Of a DNA stretch of 64,000 nucleotides, positions 38,576-50,023 are shown piece after piece. Each line of letters opens with the position of its first letter. Positions within the stretch are counted from its first letter, which is position 1. The position numbers and the translations under genes are program-made. The notes beneath the pieces are model-generated. The model searched no databases. It worked only from the letters and a program-made list of their open reading frames with translations, and was not told the DNA's origin. This DNA comes from Pavona decussata (Eukaryota): positions 868,001 to 932,000 of the forward strand of contig CDRNST010000049.1 of NCBI GenBank assembly GCA_977016875.1, written 5' to 3'.

Positions 38576-40887
38576 TTGTTGTTTTCTTGGCAAGGTTTCC
38601 TCACCAGTCCCTCAATTGACTATGATCTCATGTCCGATTAAATATCTCCGACTGGAATATACCCAACTCTAGTTACATATATATGTCTCCTGACGAGGTG
38701 GAGAGTGGAAATGCTACAAGTAGTTGGATATATTTGGACTAGTTACACATTTTTCATCGTCATCTTTCAAGATTACAACTAGCATGAATTTACTAGAATT
38801 TAAAACCCGGCTTTTAACAAATAGTAGTACACTCTGGCGTAATGTAATGCTGTATCTTGCATCTTCGTCGTTTGGAAATCGCAGCGATTGCACTACTTCA
38901 ACGGTTCTCCCTTACTCAGGTACACATTAGAACAAGGTAGTGTGTAGTTTAATTCTTCTGAACAAAAATTGGTTGGCAGTTTAATTCATATTCACCGTTC
39001 GGTATAGGGTTTGTGTTAAGGACCACGTGGGGACAAGGTATTGGAAGATTTTTGCCACATCTGATTTATTGAAGTTACTGACACTTGTTTCAATAGCTCA
39101 AACCGCCCTCCCCCTTTAAGAATTTTCATATACGAAGTATAAATCACACCTGGACATTTACCTAAAATTACGTGAAGTGAAGCTTAGGTTAGCATAAATA
39201 GCACCCCGATTAGAAACTTCATTTTCTATTTTAACCTTCACTTCATGTAATTTTAAGTAAATGTCCACGAGCAATTTATACTTCGTGTATGAAAATTTGA
39301 AGAGGGGGAGGGTGGTTTAAGTTATGATAACAAGTGTTTACCGTTCTCCTTCGTCGTTTTGGAAGCCATTTTGTAAAATGTAACGAGGCATTTTAATGTG
39401 TAACTACGCTGCTCATACGCCCCGCAGCTGAGAAATAGAAAGTGAAGTGTTGAGATTTTTTTAAATCGTATTTCTTAACTTTTACGAACCGGAAGCGTCT
39501 GAAAGGCGTGGCCACAAAAAAATGGATGGAATGGACGTAAAGTTAGAAAATCAAAGGTACAAATTAAACTGAACCTTAGCTTCCTTCTGAAAAGCGGAGA
39601 GAGAGGAGGGGAGGGGAGGATATCACGTGGGTACTTGTACAGGATGGGAAAAAATTACCGTACATGATAACATTGTATGTAGTTGATCGAAACGAGGATG
39701 AACTCAGCTGCCCCTGAGGCTTGTGTAATACAATCTCTGAAGTAGCCACACAACTTTTTTAGAAAACAATCTGGGACCAGATTGACTTAGCCCTCCTAAG
39801 ATCCATCGGTTCTGCGAGCCGGTCAACAATAGCAAACGTGGCTAGATCGTCGCCGGCATCTTCCAAAGGAGAAGCGCTGGTGTTGTAATCTTCACTATCT
39901 GTTAGTCCGTCAATGAATTCCTCAGCTGCCGAGGATAGCTCGCGTTCTTTTCAAGATTTCGAACTACCGTTTTCATTAAACCCTGGATCCCTTTCTTGTT
40001 TCAACATTGACCTAAAAAAGTTTTTTTTTTTGAGAAAAATTCGACCTTTCTTCCCTATCAGTAACCTTAAGTAGGGTCTTAAGAGTATCTGAGGTATTGT
40101 TACTTAACATTATGCTGTTCTTTGTGTCTTTAAAGACGATTTTTCGAGACACAGTACTAAGGGTTCATCCTAACTTATGAGGGCTTCGAGAATCTGGAGC
40201 CTTGGACAGATTGTTCTGTTTATAGCCTCCCTTGCAGACGCTCTCTTGGCTCGTTACGCAATCTTCCCTCCTCGTTGAGGAGGGAAGATTGCATGACGAG
40301 GGAAGATTGCGTGACGAGCCAAAAGAGCGTCTGCTAGGGAGGCTATTCTGTTGGATTAAGCACTCCATTTAAAATTCTCTTACCTCTGCTTGGCGAAAAC
40401 TTGTAAATTGCCACTTGCTTCTAACAAGACAACAGTAAAACCGACACTGGACATTTCTCACCACCGAATATTTCCAGAAAAGATGCAGATAACACAGTTC
40501 TGATTTTATACAAAAGCTATTCATTTATTTATTGATTTGTTTTACGTAATCAACTACAGTTTTAGAGCGTTTATAAATTTTCAGAGACTATAGTCTATCA
40601 TAACATTTCTTCAAGCGACTTGTTTACACTCCCTTTCAATAAAATACAAAATGATCTATCAAATAGGCAAAGAAGTAAGTTACATTTTCTTAATTTAATA
40701 ATATCAGGCCCTGGATGTTCAAACGCAGATTGACATTAAAACAGATTACAACGTGAAGCTAACTTTTTGGTTCCTTGATGTAAAGCGTTTCATATAACCT
40801 CTGAACATTAGTTCATCTGTTTCCTATTACGCAAGACTAAAACTATCAACAAAAGAACCATCGGAATTTTTATTCAAACTAAACTGA

Positions 40888-41183
40888 GAAGATGGATCAG
40901 AGAGGTATTGCTCACTGATATAATTAGTTCTTACGTTTGATAGATTTAAGTGAACCCTTAGTCATCATTGATTTCTCTGGGAGGGAGCCTAAGTTTTACA
41001 AGCCCTATGGTTTTTATTAGGTTCCCTCGTCGCTTCTTTTCTATCTCTTGTACTTTAAACACTGCAACTTTATAATCATTTGTAACCATTGTAATCATTG
41101 TAATCATTGCAATTTATTAATCATTGTAACTGTGACTTAAATGTGTGTGGCAAATAAACTAAATAAAAAAATAATAATAATAA
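40888..41183 (+). mobile_element. LINE 3'-UTR fragment with (TAA)n tail
   Basis: Stem-loop gagggagcctaa / ttaggttccctc, AATAAA, (taa)n tail, TSD taaactga. Absent from paralogous flanks. Confidence 0.7.
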
Positions 41184-41415
41184 TAAACTGAAGTCAAACG
41201 AAGGGCCAATCCTGAGCCCAGATATTCGTTCTGCCTTAATACTTCTGCCCTCAGTATATTTTTCTTCTTCCGCTTTTTAAAACTGTTTGAGTCAAAAGGA
41301 ACAACTTTCGATGGTAAAATGAATGGATATGTTAACGGAGAAGGGCTCCAATCAAGTCTAAAATCAAAGTAAAAACATTTTACTGTTCTTCTTTATATTC
41401 GTGAAGAGGAAATTT

Positions 41416-43664
41416 TCACTCGAATATTTGAATGCGATGATTTCCCCATTCACACACAACAATTTGGTTATTACTAAGGACGGCAACAGAGAACGGGCAA
41501 TTAAATTCTCCTAACTTGTTTCCCTGTGTCCCAAACTTAGCAACAAATTTACCATTCAATTCAAAGACTTGTATTCTATGATTATCCGTATCACACACCA
41601 TCAGTAGTCCTGACTTAGTCACTGACAAAAAACGGGGAGTTTTAAACTTCCCGTCCCCTCCCCCCTGCTTTCCAAACTTATACTTATACTCCCCCTCCCT
41701 ACTGAAGACTTTTACTGGTTGTGATCATTACCACCGTCTGACACTATGAGATATTCATCACACTGAACACAGTGGACTGGATAAGAAAAAGCACCAGGCC
41801 CACCTACCTTCATTAGAAAATTGCCATCGGGAGAAAAGATCTTAATCAATTTGTTACCTGAATCAGCAACAATAATATTACCCTGACTATCCAGAGATAA
41901 ACCCAAAGGATAGATGAGTTGACTATCAAGGGTCCCTTCCCCACCAAACATGCCCATGTACCTACCCTCCCCACTGAAAATCTGTACTCTATGGTTATAA
42001 TAGTCTGCAACAAAAATCTTTTCATCGTTACCATAGGCTATTCCAAAAGGATGTTTAAATTCCCCCTGATTGCTACCTTGGCGACCAAAGGATCTTATGA
42101 AATCGCCATTACTGTTGAAGATATGAACCATGTGGTTTAACTGGTCAGCTACTGTTATTTCATCCCTGTTACTCACTGCCACCCCGACAGGATACTGAAA
42201 CATTCCAACATCCGAACCTTGTTTACCAAAAGACAAAACAGGTTTGACATGAAATGGTTTTACTAGAACAGTAAAAGGACTATCACAAACATATTCCCCG
42301 TTTACCTTAACTGATAATTGACAGCTACCTTGAACTTTAGGAGAATAGCTAATGGTGTAGCTCCCATCTTTGTTATCATCTATTTGCACTTTTGTCACAC
42401 ATTCTCGCGCACGCTCGTCTCTCATATCTGCCGTTACATTGTCACGCTTATTATAACACTGTATTTTGTTCGCGTTTCTTGTTGTCAAATTGAATTGAGA
42501 TTCCCGTCCGATAGTTCCTTCTATGATCCCTTTGCCTTCAGCAAGACAATCGCTTCCTTTTGCTTGATGCAGGTTTTCCAAACAACCAATTTCTTCGCCG
42601 TTGACAATGTCCAGTATCTTGTGATTTTCAACGAAAACTAAAGCTGAAAGACCTTCAGGGTCACGAGAAATGTGCTTGGTTTGTTTGACTTCCTCAAGAA
42701 TTGTTACCAATGACTTTTTCAGCTGAATGACTTCAGCGTTTGTACTTCGTGTCAGCAAATTTTCAACTGTTTCTAGCGATAATTCGATCGTCTTTATTTC
42801 ATCTTCAATCTCAGTCCTTTTCTTTGTTAAGCTTTCAAGCGACTTCCTTGTTTCATTTTCCACCGCATAGATAATATCCTGTTTCTTCGCTTGAATTGTT
42901 TTGATTAAGTTATCAGCAAACGTTTCGACATCTCTTATCAGATTTTCGCTTTGCTGAACCAGTTTAACACAGTCTTCATCAAGTTGTATAACTAGTTTCA
43001 TCTTTTCCTGTAAGTTTTGTCTTTGTTCCTGTATGAGAGCTGTCATCTCGTTTTTTTGGACCTCGGCTTCATCTTGGATTAATTTCAAAGTATGACCAGT
43101 GTGATCCAACATGACGCAGGCTGGACAAACAGTTGTTTCGCATTTCTTGCACACATACTCCAGCTCTTTTTTCTCATGTCCCTGCAACGGACAAAACATG
43201 GGTCGTTTTAATACATCCTCATAGTCCTTGTCTTGGAATTCTTTCACAGCAAGAATACGATGATCTTTGTTGTTTCGCATCATGTTGTGTCCAATTAGGC
43301 ACTGTTCACAGTAAAATATGCAACATTGAAAGCAGTACGAAGCCTCGGAGCTTTTCTTGTCGCAGTTTCCACACGTTACTTGGGTTGTGTTGCATTCTTT
43401 TATGGCCAGCACATCGATCATGCCGTTCAGATAAAAGCTGGTCGGAAGATCCTTCAGATCGCCGCTTGCAGGCACTCTGCTAAGGGTTTGGCATATCGGA
43501 CATCTGAATGCATTTTGACCGCCACTCGTCTGATGCCAGTGTTTCAAACAGTGCAGACAGAAACTGTGTAAACAGGGAAGCTGTCTGGGATCCTTAAATA
43601 TATCCTTACACACGGAACAAGACACTTCTTCGCGGAGATTGTCAAGCAACGTTTGGATATCCAT
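41416..43664 (-). pseudogene. TRIM-NHL copy 4, frameshifted in NHL repeat 4 (~41718)
   Basis: The ORF from MDIQTLL stops at 41712. The remaining NHL sequence VKVFSREGEYKYKFG...NHRIQIFE continues in another frame to 41416. Confidence 0.85.
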
Positions 43665-44670
43665 GTTGTTTTCGCGCACAAACCAGGAGTGACCTCGTGG
43701 CAGTCTTTAGCACACAATGAAGTCTTTAGCTTTTCTTGGAAGGATAGCAGTATGAACCAATCGCAGAGCGCTGTTTTTAGTGGTTGTTGACTGTTTCGTT
43801 CTCGTTTTTAATCCCAAGGAATGTGATCCTGACGCGTTCAGTTTACGCTAAAGACATAAAGACATGTCAGTCAAAAACAGAGACGCGATCAATATAACGA
43901 GGTCAGTGAAGTGAACTTTATTTTATGTAAAATCGCTATCAAACTACCGAGATAATTAGTACTGCATCTTATCTGATACAGGGCTACATAATTGTCAAAA
44001 CCAATAGTAGTCTCATTTTATGTGCTTTAATTCAAATTTTGATTCAAATGTTGTTCTGTTGATTTCAAAACGTCCCACATGGGAAAGAACTTTTCGTTGT
44101 TTGTAGCCAGCGTTTGAAAACAAAGTTGTTTGTATGCGTGTGTCCGTTCGAAGGAATCAGATGCGACGCAACATATAGCTAAAAAAACAAAGCGTCAAGA
44201 AATATATATATATATAAAATGAATTCCCCTGTCTTTGACCTTCTCGGCACGCCATCTCGCCACGCAATAAGGGCTTGCGATTTTTTTATCTTTAGCTTAG
44301 GTGCGTGAGCCAAATAAAGAAAGCTGCTCTAAAACGTTACTTTAGCTTAAGTGCGTGAGCCAATTTTAAAAAGAAAGCCGCTCTATAAAGACGTTACATG
44401 TTATAACTCAACGGCTGACATCGGTCGGAAATGATCTCCTGTCGCACACAGTTTAAGCTTGATGAGAGATAAGAGATGTCAATTAAACAGACAAAATTAA
44501 GGCGAGCGATTACGTGCAAAATTCAAGAATACGAACTTTATTGTGTAAAGCCTCTTCTGGTGTCAGGAGATACGGAATTCTTGAAACTAAAGAATCCAAA
44601 TGCAGAGACGATGGAATACTCGCAGAATGATCCTGAAAGCTTTAATACTCTAAATCTAAAATTTTAGCTC

Positions 44671-44713
44671 TGGCCCTGAGGAAGACTAATTCTATTAGTC
44701 GAAATATTGGCCA
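44671..44713 (+). ncRNA. Solo minimal type I hammerhead ribozyme (probable Penelope pLTR remnant)
   Basis: tggcc-CTGAGGA-a-gactaat(tct)attagtc-GAAA-taTT-ggcca. Perfect stems I and II, palindromic ATAT helix III, AUU triplet. Confidence 0.8.
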
Positions 44714-46302
44714 CTAATAAATCTGCCCTTTGCCGAAGTGCAAAGTGAACTTTGTAGTAATTACCATGGAAAGGTTGATAAAATACAAAATAACTTTTAT
44801 TCTATCCCAAAAACTTTTCTTGCCTGTGTAGGGCATTCAGACTCTCCAGTGGCTTGAAAAGCAGTGAAACTAGGCACACCTTTGCACCACTTAAAATAGA
44901 AATAACGTTATAAGGTTAAATTAATAAGGTTAATTTGTGTTAAAAACTTAAAATGCATTTTGCACGAAAATATATAGTCTCGTCACGCAACGGAACGGCT
45001 GCGAGGGAGACTAGAAAATATACAGATTTTCATAGGAGCGCAAATGACAAATACAACTTTCATAGGACAGGGAAGTTTTATTTTCAATGGCGCCAGATTA
45101 GATTGTGACTGAAATTAGTTGGTTGCCGTCCTTGGTTAATATGAAAGAAAGGGTGGGACATTGGAGTCTGCCATAACCGATTCAACTTAATTAATCACAA
45201 CGCGGGATATGTCGACTGCGAACAGTAGCAATACAGTAACTTAAGTCAAATTCAACATGTAACACGATACGGCAACTTAAAAAAGTAAAAACGTCCCACG
45301 AAACAAACACGCAAGAGCTACAATGAAACATGTATTAAGGCATTTAAGCGGACACCTTAGGGAGCCTCGCTAGGGGGCCGCTTAACCCTATCTAGACCGG
45401 GGAGAGGGAGGGGCTGATTGTACCCGCGGCGTACAGTGGTCGGTTAGTGTACATAGACTTTGACGTTACCATGGCAACCAGAAAATAGAAAATCCCTTTT
45501 TTAAATGAAGAAAAATCACTTTTCTTCAGGTAATTTTCATGTTTTTAGCTCATAATGGTGTTCCTGTCATGGCTTTGACAGGTTCTGTCAAGCTGTGCAA
45601 TAACAGTTCATTATTAATCGTTACATTCTCACTTTGTTCGTTGTACGCCTATTTCATTACATCTTAGTAACTTGTAACTGCCATTTCAAACTGAAACAGT
45701 CTTCAGGATACGGTACACCTAGAAAGCCGCCAACAACTTGCTCGGACGGTTACCACATTTTTCTGTCCACGACATTCTACCGTCCACTTCATTATGTTGA
45801 CGCCATTTCATTGGTTATGGCATTCAATTCCATTGTCCTCGACATTCCAGTTCTTCTCTAGGACCATTTGCCGCCCACTCAGATCAGGGGACCATTTGCG
45901 GTTCAATTTAAGGATCATTTGCAGATGTCCACTGAATACAGCTTCATTTTACGGTAAATATGGGAAGAACATTTTGGTGCTCAAAGCTAGTGTACACTCG
46001 ATACAGGGTGTCCGTTTACAGGTTGCACTGTAGTGTCCGATTGTAGATCCTCTCGAAGAATCCATGTGGTATCTGTTTTGCACTCCATTGACATTTTTGT
46101 TTATTTTTCTTAGCGGCAAAACCAGATACGCGAGATTCCCGCCAGTTCAGTTATCAGAGTTAGATTATAGCTCTCGCTTGGGGACTGGAGCGAGTGGAAA
46201 ATCGAGCCATCAGGTTACCAAAAACAGCGTGTTTGTGCTTTTTTCTACAGAAATAGGGAAATAGTATGGGGATTGGTCCCACAGAATAGTATGGCGAGTT
46301 AA

Positions 46303-46702
46303 GGGGGGATTCAACCTAAACGCCATTTTTCCGCCACTTGACATGGCTTTAATGGAAATATCTCGTTCACGTTTCAAGCAATCCAAAAACTCTACGCTCA
46401 TCCCGTGAACCTATGTTGCGGGGTGCTTTGTAAATTTTTGGGTGATTTGGGGTATATTTGGGAGGAGAAAGTTTTTCTAGAAGGATTGGTAAAATTAAGA
46501 GAAATTATAAATATTGAAGATTAAAGTTTTAAAATTAGAATTTGTAGTTAATAATAAACGGACACCAAGTTAGTCCACCAGCAACCTGGGATGCTCTTGC
46601 GTGGGTATCAACTGTCTGTTAGTGTTCCAAAAATAATTTTCTTTCCTCTATCCCTTCTTAAAACCTCTTCAAATTTCATTCAAATTTAGGTTAAGTTCCC
46701 CC
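46303..46702. mobile_element. TTAA-bounded MITE, same family as 35852-36259, opposite orientation
   Basis: TTAA|ggggggattcaacctaaa ... tttaggttaagttccccc|TTAA. The interior is reverse-complement similar to 35.9-36.2 kb. Confidence 0.75.
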
Positions 46703-47649
46703 TTAACTGACTCCGCGCTGAAGGCATATTTGGGCTCACTCGCTTGCGTGTTCCGTTCGCTTTCTATCCCTAACAAAGTAAGGGACTACTTGAGGGCTAG
46801 AAATTCAATACTCGGTGTTTCGAAGAAAGAGACATCTCTTGCAACCTAAAATTTAATTTTTTCCTTTATTTAATTCTCCTGCTGTTTGCACTTCGTAACA
46901 TGTTAATGGATTTTGTTAATGAATGTTTGATAGCATGGCTGTGTCCTATTCCAACCTTAGCGCGGACACGATATAATTTCATACACTACCACACTATACT
47001 ACTAAGGTACACACTTTTTAACCAGATTATATTCCTTGAATCTTCCTCGTTTGTTGTTTGTAGCACAAACATGATTGCATTGAATATTCACTTTTGTAAA
47101 AGATGACGTACATCTAGACAAGGTAATAGTTCTTTTTTGTTACAACTTAAAAACTGATAATTGAAGACTAATATGGGGTTAATGTATTGCTCTCAGCCAA
47201 TCAAATTGGAGTTTTCAAAGAACAAGATTCAATAAGATGATAGATCTTTTATTGCATAAAGCTTGCATCATTCTCACATTCTGTACATCTCATCAAAGTT
47301 ACATATAGTTCTTCTCATTGATTCACATCCATTATTGCTACTTTATGTACATCCTTCAATTAAAATTGACAATCTAAACACGTTTGTTGCAATTTTAAAT
47401 TTTTTACTTCTCATTCATCAATACCCAAGAGTTCACATATGGAACATTAATACATGGTAAAGCTTTCGTAAAATGGAAATAGAAATTGTTGGAGACCTGA
47501 ACTTTAACATAATTATGGCACCTACAGCATTTTTATACAGATTTTACAACTCAAAACGTAGTGTACAGCTTGGAAAACCTACTAACGAAATTGCATTTCG
47601 TAGCCACAGTAAAAACCTTTGCTAACGGACAACACCGTAACGAACACTA

Positions 47650-48019
47650 AGGGTCCGCGTTCTTTTGGGACTATTCCGGAGTAGTAACACTCGGAATAGA
47701 CGGTATTTGTGTTCTTTTTGGGAGCTATTCCGTTTTTTGAATGAACGGATAGGACTGCTTCCGATAGCAGAATGAACAGAATGGAAGGAATACGGTTTAT
47801 TCGGAATAGACAGAATACGCGTTCTTTTGGACAAATTTTTTGCGGGAAATCCTACGCGGCCGCTCGCGTAGACATAAGAGTTCTCAGGTCACCTCCGCCG
47901 TGGGTATTAATATTTCGTGTCCAAATTTTACGTTCTTTTCGAGATCGAAATTCCGTGTATTCTGTTATTCCTGAACCGGAATAAGAATGACAAGAATTGC
48001 TCCAAAAGAAAGCCACCTA
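47650..48019. mobile_element. MITE-like inverted-repeat element
   Basis: ttcttttgg / ccaaaagaa ends, with internal attccg / cggaat repeats. Confidence 0.5.
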
Positions 48020-49936
48020 CTGAACCTTTGTTACGGTTGTCAAACGGTACTTAAAACTGATATTTGATCATTTCTTTTAACACTGGTTTTCCAAATCCTC
48101 TGCTAATTAACGAAAGGAACGACCTAACGCAACGATAACAGTAGAGACAGACAGTCGCACAATAGAACTTGCAGCGCTGCAAAGTTGTATGGAAGGTGGT
48201 ATTTCAAACCAACACCTAGCAGTTTTACATTTGACAGCTCAGTCAAAGCAGAAACTCTTAAACATAAACGAACCACATACAATTAAAATGCTTTCTTATT
48301 TTTTCCGTTATTTATACGACGGTTAAGTCAGTCACTATGATAATGAGCAAGAGGCAATACTACATTTTATATCAGTCCTCTTTTTACTGAATTTATTTCC
48401 TAAGATAGGAGAACCTCTCTATGTCAATTTGTTGGACATTTTTTAATAGTCTCACCCAAGAACGTCTGAGAAATTAGTGGAATGGGTAAAAATCTAACCT
48501 TAGAAGAAAAACTAACTTACTCGACATGAAGGTAAACTAGCAGGAATAGTGACTAAGGTACCTACAGTAGTTTAATAGTTGTGTGCAGATCCCAATCTTT
48601 CCAGAGACAATTCGCCAGCAATGATTCCCGAGCCATGAAACTGGCTGCTGGTCTAGCTGTGTTACACTGGTGTAGAACTAAGTTTGTTTACACCTTAAAT
48701 TCACAACAAAGCATTCTCTAATGCTTGGTATTCATTGTTGATGTTTTGCTCACAGCTGGCAAATCATGTTTGAGAAACGCTAGTGTACTCTTCAGCGCAG
48801 CCGTCACTGAGGTCGTCACGCAACGCTTCTCACTACTTAGAGGGAAGAAGCGTTGCGTGACAACCCTAATAACGGCTGTGGAAGAAACTACGTTAGCGTA
48901 CACATAACTGCAAAATTAGCTGTAACAATGCGACAATCAGTCCATAAAATCAGGTTCTACATAAGCTATAACAACCAATAACGCTCACAGTAGCAAGTTT
49001 GTCTACACCATAAAGTGGAATAAATGTTGTGTTATATAAACAATTCTTGAAAACAGCACTTTCGTGTTGCAAAAATAAATTAGGTCAAGAAATAAATACA
49101 AACGAACATACAAACGTTTTAAAATGTGCAAATACCCTTTGAAAACATTAAAATTGGTGTGAATTTTAAAAATAGCATGCACAAATGAACCAATAAAAAA
49201 CCATACATCTGGTTATTTAAAAACCAAAATATAGCTTGATCCGGTGAAATCAAAGTAAATTATCTCGTAAGAAAGTCAGTTAGTTGTCGCTGAATTCAAC
49301 TTGTAAAAAAATAAAAAAAAAATTAAGAATATATAGCAGTCGTGTGCCACAAGACAATTTAATTTATCCTTCACTGGACTGGCACCCCGATAATTTTCCA
49401 CCAAAACGTGGCATTAAGTTCATTGTTATAATTATATCATCCATTCTTGTCGATAAAATGTACAACATTTCTTCTCGATTTCGCGGTCACTACATTTGCC
49501 AAGTGACAACTATTATAATATTTCTAGATAAGTAAAAATAATAATCTTTTCATACTCTAAATCATTGTTTTGCTTGTAAATTACACCTAAAAGTCTATCT
49601 ACCATTCACTGGCATTTTAGACAAATTCATTGTCTGTACTCTGTACTCCCGTACAGGGAAATTCTATATCTAGCATTGCTTCTACTCTTTTGAGTAGACA
49701 AGACCTCCCTGCGCTAGGAAAGCAGGTTAGTGCATTTCCCGCTTGGAAACAGGGAGAGGGATATTTTAAGGATGGTGCGACATGGATTTACCTCGATGTA
49801 TAAAAACGCACTCGCATATGATTCCTACGATAGGTAAACACGGGTAAATAGCGGAACACTCCCTGTTCGCATCGTCCCTTGGATGAACTTCAAGCACGCG
49901 GGTTCGTTGTGAAGTTGTTAGGCACATTCTAGAACA

Positions 49937-50023
49937 CTAAAACAGACCAACGGCTTTCTTAAGGTTCACTTGTTTCCAGCCAGGCAGTTTATTAAATGCT
50001 TCTTTGTTCATCTTGAAAACGTC
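49937..50023 (-). CDS. SVIL: Supervillin last coding exon (headpiece)
   Basis: DVFKMNKEAFNKLPGWKQVNLKKAVGLF*. Confidence 0.9.
   Translation of the reverse strand, partial: DVFKMNKEAFNKLPGWKQVNLKKAVGLF

Larger units (their letters stand above)
6200..44500 (-). repeat. Tandem segmental duplication: four blocks, each carrying one TRIM-NHL copy plus homologous flanks
   Basis: Shared anchors: acccgctgagttttaaaaagaag (~6212, ~22667); aaccttcggtgatggtc (~18460, ~26188, ~35128); gaggtggaga..ggaaatgctacaag (~19716, ~27748, ~38695). Confidence 0.9.

Noticed and set aside
11660-43571. Plus-strand ORFs overlapping the TRIM genes
   Set aside because: Antisense shadows of the real coding frames.
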